Below are positions 47,912 through 56,029 of a stretch of 64,000 nt of DNA, one piece after another; the first letter of the stretch is position 1; every line of letters begins with the position of its first letter. The translations under genes and the position numbers were made by a program. The notes under the pieces are model-generated. The model worked only from the letters and a program-made list of their open reading frames with translations. It did no database searches and was not told the origin of the DNA. The stretch is from the IMG/VR virus record IMGVR_UViG_3300042484_002006. One strand, given 5' to 3'. This stretch comes from a virus.

Positions 47912-48115
47912 GATTGTTATTTTGTGTCATATCTGTTCTTTGTTTCTACTGTGAAATTGTGTTATTATTTTTACGAATAATGTCACGTGCACCTTGATAT
48001 GTTAAACTATATTTCCGGGAAATCTTAATAATAGATTCCCCAGAAATATAGTCATTAATAATGTGCATATTTCTGACAGTACGATCCTGAACTTTTAGAT
48101 AAGTTCTAGGCATGA

Positions 48116-48337
48116 TCAGTCTCCTACGTACCACCATAGGGAGCCATACTGCTCGCCAGCAAAGTCATACATTACCTTGGTAATGATTCCTGCATGTAGA
48201 GCTAGGCCCCAGTAGGTAGCACGGGAGTTGTAGTTGTACGCATCAGGCTCATTGGTTCGAGCCCAAGTATCGACACGATTCTTGGTTTCTTCCCAGTAAG
48301 CTTTCTGATGAAGTGATAGTTGTTTGGTTTTAGTCAT
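48116..48337 (-). CDS. hypothetical protein
   Basis: ATGA-coupled. Confidence 0.6.
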   Translation of the reverse strand: MTKTKQLSLHQKAYWEETKNRVDTWARTNEPDAYNYNSRATYWGLALHAGIITKVMYDFAGEQYGSLWWYVGD

Positions 48338-48657
48338 TCGTCTTCGTCTCCTTCAAGTAAACTTGCGATGTCTAAGCCTGAACCCATGTTTTCAATGATA
48401 GCCATATTGGATTCAATAACAGATTTCATCATGTTCTGAATACCGTCCATCTGAAGTTTAACAACTTCTTCTGGGGTTTCCATAGAGAACATTTTGTAGC
48501 CCCAAGAAGTATAAATAGCTGTCATGGGGATTTCGATGCCGTCTTCAGGTTCATAGGTATCCCTTCTCATCATAGTGATGAAGGCAGGATTGAGTTCGAC
48601 CTTGTCCCCATCGGGGTCGGTCAGTGTGATAAAGTTAACCATATTGTTTTGTGACAT
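48334..48657 (-). CDS. FlbD-like small protein
   Basis: FITLT..DG..V.LN...I...ETPEEV pattern. Confidence 0.5.
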   Translation of the reverse strand: MSQNNMVNFITLTDPDGDKVELNPAFITMMRRDTYEPEDGIEIPMTAIYTSWGYKMFSMETPEEVVKLQMDGIQNMMKSVIESNMAIIENMGSGLDIASLLEGDEDE

Positions 48658-48670
48658 TAGAGTGCCTCCT

Positions 48671-49102
48671 TTAGGCTTTTGTGTGTTTAGCTTTGATTGC
48701 ATTAAACTTATTTACTGCATTACGAGTTGCCCAAATGGGCAATGTGATGATGCGGATAACTTTGTAGGTTAGTTGTGCGAGATCAGCAAGTGCTTGCTTC
48801 CATCGCTTGTTGTAGTATTCAATCTGATTTCCTCCACGCTTTTGAGCTTGAGGTGAATCATATGCCCATTCGAGAAAGGCATAACCTGGGATTGAAAATA
48901 CGGTAGACATCATGCCTGCTGACATGGCGATAAGACCGCCGGCACCAAACATGATACCTAATACAAATGATAATAGAATAGATATAATCATATTGATAGT
49001 TTTGTTCTTCTTAGCAGCTTTTCTCCATACTGGAAATTTCGCAGCTAATGACATTTCAATGATAGTTGATGCTAAAGCTAGCATAATAGCTAGAGTGAAC
49101 AT
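48671..49102 (-). CDS. membrane protein
   Basis: three hydrophobic segments; SD AAGGAG. Confidence 0.7.
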   Translation of the reverse strand: MFTLAIMLALASTIIEMSLAAKFPVWRKAAKKNKTINMIISILLSFVLGIMFGAGGLIAMSAGMMSTVFSIPGYAFLEWAYDSPQAQKRGGNQIEYYNKRWKQALADLAQLTYKVIRIITLPIWATRNAVNKFNAIKAKHTKA

Positions 49103-49212
49103 AGTTTCTCCTTTTATGTTGGTTTAGAGTTTTGTGGGATTCGCCCGCAAAACATTTTTCTATTGATATATATATAGAAGTATTTAATATAGAGATAGAT
49201 ATAGAGGGAGTA

Positions 49213-49235
49213 CCCCCCACTGCGTGGGGCCCCCC
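49213..49235 (-). other. G/C-run-flanked GNA-triloop hairpin (copy 1)
   Basis: - strand G6-CCCCAC-GCA-GTGGGG-GG-TAC. Confidence 0.6.
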
Positions 49236-49486
49236 TTGATGGTGTAGTTACCCTTCTTTTGTATGTACCCATAGAGGACTATAGGTATAAAAAAAGTGGA
49301 TACCACATAGTTTTACATGCTTAATAGTCATGTATTGTATGGGTACCCACGTGAAAGGGGTCGTTGAACACTGTTTGTCCAACAAAAATCCTACTATTAT
49401 AATCTGTGATAGGATGGATATGTACAAGGATAGTGGTAGAACCACCACCTAGTTCTACCACTTATCCCTGCTGAAAGTATTATCTC

Positions 49487-49702
49487 CTATATAGGGAGTT
49501 GTATATCATACAGACGTTTAAAGTCTCTTCTCATTGGATGGAGTGCGGATTCCGTCCCATGAGTATTGTATATGGGTCCGTCTACATCGGAGGGAGGGAT
49601 GATGGTATACGAACCGGACTTCTTATGGTTGACAGTGAATCCAAGTCTTTCGATCTCTCTTAAGACTTGCTTCATTGCTTTTGATTGATGCTGTTTGGGC
49701 AT
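49487..49702 (-). CDS. HicA-like (dsRBD-fold) protein
   Basis: LREIERLGFTV..KKSGSY; the usual HicA His is not evident. Confidence 0.45.
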   Translation of the reverse strand: MPKQHQSKAMKQVLREIERLGFTVNHKKSGSYTIIPPSDVDGPIYNTHGTESALHPMRRDFKRLYDIQLPI

Positions 49703-49963
49703 CTCGTCTATACTCCTTGTTTATGTAGGGGTACTTACTTTCGTAGGTATATTATAGCATAAGCAGTAGTGTTATGCTGGGATTTGGAAATATTTTTTGG
49801 GGAAAATAGTTTCTAGTTGGACTAGGATATTTGGCCTGTGGACAGGCCGGCGAAACATCAAGACTAAAAATCTATACTAAATTTTTTTTATGTTGTATTA
49901 TTCCCTATATATAGAGAATAGTATAACTGACGTTATGATGTTCTGATAATATCCTGTAGGGTA

Positions 49964-49990
49964 CCCCCCCGCTTCGCGGGGCCCCCCCCC
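49964..49990 (-). other. G/C-run-flanked GNA-triloop hairpin (copy 2)
   Basis: - strand G9-CCCCGC-GAA-GCGGGG-GGG-TAC. Confidence 0.6.
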
Positions 49991-50062
49991 TTATAGAGGT
50001 CTATTTGTAAAAAAAGAAAGTAACTCAGTAGGAGGAATCAAAACCTACTGAGTTACCGATCT

Positions 50063-50290
50063 TTATACGTTGTTAGGGTGTTTATCCCAATCAACTGGTA
50101 CGCCGTTCTCATTTAACTCGAGAGTTTGAAGATACTTGGCATATGCGGAATATCCGCGGACTGATGAGCCTTCATCTGGACTGTGTGTGAAGCAGTAGGG
50201 TTCATCGTCGTAATTGACGAAGTAACCACAACTAGGGTTTTCACACCTGTGTCGCCAGATTCCGTTTTCTGGATCATTTTCTAATGACAT
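50063..50290 (-). CDS. Cys-containing hypothetical protein
   Basis: CENPSC...CFTH; SD AAGGA. Confidence 0.55.
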   Translation of the reverse strand: MSLENDPENGIWRHRCENPSCGYFVNYDDEPYCFTHSPDEGSSVRGYSAYAKYLQTLELNENGVPVDWDKHPNNV

Positions 50291-50292
50291 GT

Positions 50293-50454
50293 TTATTCCT
50301 TTTCTTTTTGAAACATTGGATCGTTTAAGTGTTTTTCGCAGGCATACCAATGTCCGCCCGAACCAAGGTTAAAACCTTGAACGTTTGGGACAATTAGTTT
50401 GCCACCTGATTCTTGCCAGCATAGGCTGCAAGGATATCTTTCTTGATCTGACAT
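50293..50454 (-). CDS. small Zn-ribbon-like protein
   Basis: CSLC...CEKH; SD AAGGAG. Confidence 0.5.
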   Translation of the reverse strand: MSDQERYPCSLCWQESGGKLIVPNVQGFNLGSGGHWYACEKHLNDPMFQKEKE

Positions 50455-50596
50455 ATTGCTCCTTTTCTGTTTTGTTTGTACTAAAATTTTTTTTATTAGA
50501 AAGGTGTTTGCGCCACGAGTCTTACGTGGATATGCGCATTCAACTCGAAAATTGTTGAATACAGCTGACAAATTTGCCGATCAGCTTCCGCAAACA

Positions 50597-50730
50597 TGGC
50601 GGAGCTTGAAGGAATCGAACCTTCCTGAAATGGCGTTGCACGAAGACATGATGTCCATAATATACAATGTGATCTAAAGATTAGACTATTGCATTATGCT
50701 TTAAACCAGATACTTGTAACCATTAGCCCC
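50597..50730 (-). ncRNA. tRNA-like structured RNA (about 134 nt) ending in CCA
   Basis: T-arm GAAGG-TTCGATT-CCTTC, 3' AAGCTCCGCCA; candidate 5' end GGGGCTAATGG. Confidence 0.5.
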
Positions 50731-51104
50731 AAGGGGGTGGTATATTGGTAGCCATGTGGCTCGCATATACCAGACGAGACATAGTAAGCAGGTCGCTACC
50801 AATCCTGACGCTTCACTAAAGACAAGCGTAGCCTATCTGATCTAGCATTTCTCGGATACTTTTTCAATCAGACTTTACTAGAGTATCTTAACTTGTACTT
50901 TCCAATGGGATACCTTCTCTCCAAGTTAGATAGGGTAAACGTCTACTTTTTTGTAGAGTATAGACAAACTCCAACTGTTCATTTTACCAGGGCTTACAGT
51001 CATCCCTGTAACCATATTGTATATCTGGGACAATTCCTTTAGGTTTTGGCTCCGCTATACAATTAGGGGTGTCCGTTTTTGAATGGAACGGACAAACCAT
51101 TGAG

Positions 51105-52151
51105 TCATTCGAACCCAGTTTTGCCATCAAGAATTGAAGTTTCAGTTCCAACTGTTGATGTATTTGCATTTGCTGAATTACTCCACAAGTCAACATCAAC
51201 AGGATTGTTGTTGACGAGCATAGTGAAGCGACCGCAAGGTGCACTTACTGGATCAAACTGATCTTTTGCTTCAAGTTTTCCATTAGGAAGTTGAACGATA
51301 CGCTGTTGCGCACCACCCCAGTTTGAGGTGTATTGCGTAGCCATATCTTCAAATTTCTTGATTTGTGTTTGAGCAGCTTTGATCTGTGTTTGCGACCAAG
51401 TGCTTGTGTTCTTTTCGATTTCACTCTTAAGAACACTTGCTTCTTTGGTGAACTTGACGACGCGAAGGAAGTTTTCGAACAAAGCATCTCCGAGATCGAT
51501 AAAGCCTTGGTTGGCATAATCTTTACGCACAGATGCGCTACGATCAACTGTTCCGACTTCGAATGATGTTACGTCAACACCTTCCTTATGAGCATAAGCA
51601 ACACGAATGTTTCCTACTTTCATGTTTGCTTTAACCATGCGCTCTAAGTCGTCGGTTGCACCTGCTTCTTTGAATGCTTGGACAGCAGAGTTAAATGCTT
51701 CAAAGTTTGCACCAAATTGCTGGAAGAACAAAGGCATTCCGTCAGTGAAGTTCATGCCCATGTTACGAAGGTCACGAACAAACTGCTCACGAGAATGATC
51801 TTGCTTACCAGAAGATTCTTTCACAATGGTGTGAAGAAGATCGATGATGTTCATGCGGTTGCCATCAATCAAGAGATCAATGTTCATTTTTACAGGTTTG
51901 AACATACCAGTAGCGAGCCAATACGAACGCTTGTTGCGAGTATTTTGCTCAATAAGCGAAAGACGAGTAAGTTTAGCAGATTCAAGTGTGACATACGCAG
52001 GAATTTTCTTTCCAGCAATAGTGACATTATAGGCTACTTCTTTGCCCGCAATGAGCTTGGTAGTTTTACCTTTGTTTTCAAATAATTCTGGACTTTCAGC
52101 AACAATACTGAAATCGTTGGCTTCTAAGCCAAACATGTTAAGGATACTCAT
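51105..52151 (-). CDS. hypothetical protein
   Basis: 348-aa ORF. Confidence 0.85.
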   Translation of the reverse strand: MSILNMFGLEANDFSIVAESPELFENKGKTTKLIAGKEVAYNVTIAGKKIPAYVTLESAKLTRLSLIEQNTRNKRSYWLATGMFKPVKMNIDLLIDGNRMNIIDLLHTIVKESSGKQDHSREQFVRDLRNMGMNFTDGMPLFFQQFGANFEAFNSAVQAFKEAGATDDLERMVKANMKVGNIRVAYAHKEGVDVTSFEVGTVDRSASVRKDYANQGFIDLGDALFENFLRVVKFTKEASVLKSEIEKNTSTWSQTQIKAAQTQIKKFEDMATQYTSNWGGAQQRIVQLPNGKLEAKDQFDPVSAPCGRFTMLVNNNPVDVDLWSNSANANTSTVGTETSILDGKTGFE

Positions 52152-52321
52152 AAGTGTAACTTTCTGTTAGGTGTTTAATAGGGATGTATTTACTTTTGTG
52201 TGCTGGGGCTATGACATTTGTCAAGTCCCTTCTTTTTTATGTTCACAATAGTTTAGAATACTATTGTAAATTTTTTTGTTGAGAGCATAGCGACGTTGCT
52301 ATACTCCCAACAAAGGTTTTA

Positions 52322-52525
52322 TTACTTGATGTCAATGACTTCAGAGTCTGAACTCCGTTGTGCACCTTGATTGAAGCCGGCGATCAAGTCATCTTTTGCA
52401 TTTACAAGAGCCTTCTTGGTCTTTGAGGATGCAGCTTTGCTGACTTTGACAGTCTTTGAAGGCGCATTCTTACTGACGGCTACGGTTTTGCCGAAGAGTT
52501 TTCCGGCTGTTTGTACGATTTTCAT
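52322..52525 (-). CDS. small basic protein
   Basis: ATGA-coupled. Confidence 0.55.
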   Translation of the reverse strand: MKIVQTAGKLFGKTVAVSKNAPSKTVKVSKAASSKTKKALVNAKDDLIAGFNQGAQRSSDSEVIDIK

Positions 52526-52704
52526 GACACTTTCTCTTTCTGTTTGTTGTTGTAGTGGTTGACTAGATTTTGGAATTCAATTGATGGTGTATATTTGATT
52601 TCCATTTTTTGTTTTTGCATTTCTGTGCTGAATGCGTAGATGAATCCAGCAAGGAATGATCCGGCATATACTGCCAGCATTACTTTTAGTGTAATTTTAT
52701 TCAT
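52522..52704 (-). CDS. small membrane protein
   Basis: N-terminal TM segment; SD AAGGAG. Confidence 0.55.
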   Translation of the reverse strand: MNKITLKVMLAVYAGSFLAGFIYAFSTEMQKQKMEIKYTPSIEFQNLVNHYNNKQKEKVS

Positions 52705-53022
52705 TTTTCTCCTTTTGTTAACCCTTCTTTTTGGAAGAGATCTATTTTTTTAAAAAAAAGTTATTACCAAAGATCTATAAACTCCCTCAGGGAGCATCCT
52801 TACCATACGAAAGGGGGGTATATGGCAAGGACGCTCAACCTGGGAGGGAAGATTGGTTGCTGGGAAAGGATCATATGATCCAATCCCTTGATTCCTTCTG
52901 AGAGGAATAGCCCGCAAGAAGGCTAACCAAGAATTTACGCTCTTGGAAACGAGGATTTAATGTATCCGTATATTGCAGCACCGATAATGCCGGATACGAT
53001 TGCACCGATAAAGAATAGCATG

Positions 53023-53352
53023 TTAGGCTACTCTTGGAATTGATGTTTGCTTAGGACTTTCAGCTTGTTGCTTTAGCATTTCATCAAGATGAGCTTTGCG
53101 ACATGCTGAGATTGCATCCTTACGTTCGTAGAACGATGTAGGATTCAATGGTCCAAAGCCTTTTGTTGTGAAGAAATACTTCTTAACGCCGTGATAACGA
53201 CAAACTGAAATATGTCCAATGACTTCGCCTTCAAAACGGACTTTCTGTCCATAGTTAAGACGAGCAACTGCTTTACTGACAATGAAATTAGTTAGATACA
53301 GCATAGCTATACCTAAGGCCATTCCGATAAGTAGGATACCTACTGTGTGCAT
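53023..53352 (-). CDS. membrane-anchored hypothetical protein
   Basis: TM segment; SD AAGGAGG. Confidence 0.65.
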   Translation of the reverse strand: MHTVGILLIGMALGIAMLYLTNFIVSKAVARLNYGQKVRFEGEVIGHISVCRYHGVKKYFFTTKGFGPLNPTSFYERKDAISACRKAHLDEMLKQQAESPKQTSIPRVA

Positions 53353-53572
53353 TTGTGCCTCCTTAGGGCGTTTGTTGGTGGGATTACTCCCCTTCTTTTT
53401 TGTTTGAACAATAGATTAATCTACTATTCTATTTTAAAAATTTAGAATAGATACCTAGGATCTAGGTTCTATTACTAAAAAAGATATGACTTCACCATAT
53501 TGGCGAAGCCCGCACTGGCTCAGCGATCCCGAGCGAAGCGAGGGGTCCTGAGACAGGGCGTTAAAAAATAAG

Positions 53573-53608
53573 GCGAGCCCACCCCAGATTTCTCTGAGGT
53601 GAGCCCGC
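53573..53608 (-). terminator. intrinsic terminator
   Basis: 15-bp stem with G-U pairs on the - strand, then CTTATTTTT. Confidence 0.8.
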
Positions 53609-53633
53609 AAACGGACAGGACTTGGGACGAGAG

Positions 53634-54050
53634 TCAGAACGACTCAACATCCATTTCAACGCTGGCAGGACGTGACTTAGCAAGCCAAGTTCCCATAAGG
53701 GACTCGACTTCATTGTCAACGGTACCGCGGGCAACAACAGTCAACTGTTCCAACCACTCAGCAAGGAAATCCTTGGTGATGGTAACAGTGAACTTGGGCT
53801 TACCAGCGTTATCACCTTTAGCGATGATACCACTGACCAACATTGCCTTCGGGAGATCCCAAAGGATGTTATTGGTAGCCTTGCCATCGGCACCTTTCGC
53901 CAACATGACCAACAAGCCCTCACGGACACCATTGGGAACATTGACAAAGACTGGGCAATCCCAATCTGCGCCATCGCGACGGGCAACTCGAACTGCCAAG
54001 TCACCCGCATTGACGAATACAGGTATAAACCTGCTTGTGGACTTACTCAT
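53634..54050 (-). CDS. hypothetical protein
   Basis: 138-aa ORF between an SD-like sequence and the terminator. Confidence 0.7.
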   Translation of the reverse strand: MSKSTSRFIPVFVNAGDLAVRVARRDGADWDCPVFVNVPNGVREGLLVMLAKGADGKATNNILWDLPKAMLVSGIIAKGDNAGKPKFTVTITKDFLAEWLEQLTVVARGTVDNEVESLMGTWLAKSRPASVEMDVESF

Positions 54051-54389
54051 AACAGACCCCTTTCAAAGGTCTCAAGGGAAGGCACGGTGCCAACCCTTCT
54101 TTTTCTCAGTGGACGACTGAGCGCGTTTGGGACTACTCCCTTCTTTTCACAGAAGGAAACAACCCCTTCTTTTCACCGATATGCTCCCAGAGGGATTTAG
54201 AATGTCAGTGAAGAGACTTGACTAGGAACCTATCCTTGGTCGCGGAGGGATTTAGAATAAGTACCTATCATAAAAAAAGAATTTGAGTGTAATGGTCTAT
54301 GATAAAAAAAGAACTAATATTCTATTATAAAAAAGGAAGTCCCCGAGGATTTCTCCCCGGGAACAACCTTTCGATAACTTACTAAACTA

Positions 54390-54953
54390 CTAACTAAGCA
54401 GCTCAGTAGGGTTGATTACAACCATGGGCTTTTGCTTGTTGCGAGCATAACCCACACAGTTTCCCGTGCCACCAGACGTGCCATCCCAAATAGCAACCAC
54501 ACTGTCAGCGTGATCTACCATCCAGATGTTCCTGTCTTGCATGACCTTTGCTGTGGTGTATTCACCATTGTAGACGTATACAACACCGTCTTCAATAGTT
54601 TCACCGTCGCTAGCAAGAGTACGAGCTAGATCTGCATCTGCAAATCCGCACATCTTCTTGTAGGTCAACTTGCTTTCAGCAGGCCATTTAATGTCCTGAT
54701 TTCGGCAAGGTGCTGCAATCATGAACCGAAGACCCATCTTATGAGCCTCCCGTGCTGCATCGGTATCAACGCCAAGAGCGCCTCCACTGATGACAACCAC
54801 TTCATGTGTCTCACCATACTTGGCCACTGCTCGTGCAAGAGCGTTGTTAATGGCTTCAGTAACAGCAACACGCATTGGTGTCTTTGCATTGTATCCCCCA
54901 ATTTTATTGGGACGATGACCCGTAAAGGCTACTTTATACAATGGTTTGTTCAT
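54390..54953 (-). CDS. SLOG-family protein (YspA/DUF1273-like)
   Basis: VAFTGHRP, SGGALGVD, RNIWMVD, WDGTSGGT. Confidence 0.88.
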   Translation of the reverse strand: MNKPLYKVAFTGHRPNKIGGYNAKTPMRVAVTEAINNALARAVAKYGETHEVVVISGGALGVDTDAAREAHKMGLRFMIAAPCRNQDIKWPAESKLTYKKMCGFADADLARTLASDGETIEDGVVYVYNGEYTTAKVMQDRNIWMVDHADSVVAIWDGTSGGTGNCVGYARNKQKPMVVINPTELLS

Positions 54954-55054
54954 AGCACTTTCCTTTCTTTTTTGGACTGACCCGAATGGTCTATCCTCAA
55001 AGAAAGAAGTCCCTCCTACACTGGTTATGTAGTGGGACTTCAGTCTTCTTCAGC

Positions 55055-55285
55055 TCACTCCTGGTCGAAGAGTGTGGGCTGGCTGTCTCGAAGGTTCTTG
55101 AGATTGCGTTTGTCAGACGCTTTCTTCTTTCCCTGCTCATTGCGCTTCAACCACGTCTCGTAACAGACGGGGCAGAGCGTCATCCTGTAAGGGTAGGCGA
55201 CGAATCGACCAGTACCCTTGGGGATGAAACGCTCACACCCATCTGCCTTGAGTGCGCAGACCGTGTTGTGATGGTTATAGGCCAT
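55055..55285 (-). CDS. small Cys-containing protein
   Basis: ATGA-coupled; CPVC. Confidence 0.55.
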   Translation of the reverse strand: MAYNHHNTVCALKADGCERFIPKGTGRFVAYPYRMTLCPVCYETWLKRNEQGKKKASDKRNLKNLRDSQPTLFDQE

Positions 55286-55656
55286 CAGGAACGATGCTGC
55301 TCGCAGGTGTTGCGGAATGCAATGGCATCGGCCTTGGTCATCTCGACCTTGTGGCTGTTCTTGCCCCAACCGCAGGTAACCATGACTTTCTTGTCAAGGT
55401 CATTGATTACTGCAGTAGGACGAGCTGTCCACTTGGTGTTGACGACGGTCACGCCAAAGCATGCGCGCACTTCTTGAACAGTGCTGTGCTTGCCACTGCA
55501 ATTACCGCAGGCGATGCCCTTGGTCTGTGCTGGCGTTGGTGCCGGTGCCATCTCGACGACAGGCTTCACCACGGGCTTTGAACCCTTGATGAAGACTGCC
55601 TTGCCATTGATGACCGTGTACTGACGGCCATCCTTTGCTGTCTTGATTGCTTCCAT
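55285..55656 (-). CDS. Zn-finger-like protein
   Basis: CGNC..KH...VRAC; SD AAGGAGG. Confidence 0.65.
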   Translation of the reverse strand: MEAIKTAKDGRQYTVINGKAVFIKGSKPVVKPVVEMAPAPTPAQTKGIACGNCSGKHSTVQEVRACFGVTVVNTKWTARPTAVINDLDKKVMVTCGWGKNSHKVEMTKADAIAFRNTCEQHRS

Positions 55657-56029
55657 TTTTGTGCCTCCTTGGCTGATTCCATTTGTCAAGGTTGGAATTC
55701 CTGTCAGGCATTAGCTCCTGCTGCGTCACCCATATTTTCTAATAACTACTATTAAGCGCTCAGGTTCTGCGCTTGAGGCCAATGAACTATCCTCAAAAAA
55801 AGGAGGTTGCCAGGAATTTCTTCCCAACAACCTCCTCATTTAGCGGTCTTTTTAATCCTACAGGTACTGCTTTCAATGTCGCAGACGAGAGCTACCTCGT
55901 TCATAGCAAATTAATTTTATAAGGGTAGCCCCCAGGAAACAGTATTTCTACTGAATCCCAGGGGCATCCTTCTTCCAGTTAGTTATGTAAACCTAACTAG
56001 GATGTTCTCCTATCTCAAGGAGTACTGCG

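Noticed and set aside
50597-50972. Full canonical tmRNA
   Set aside because: The 5' GG..TCGAC signature is missing or degenerate, the discriminator is G, and I found no tag frame ending in ALAA; kept only as a tRNA-like element.
53599-54120. Long antisense or alternative-frame ORFs (e.g. 155..499, 2298..2843, 51678..52085, 53599..54120, 57599..58201)
   Set aside because: Shadows of better-supported genes; no motifs or RBS.
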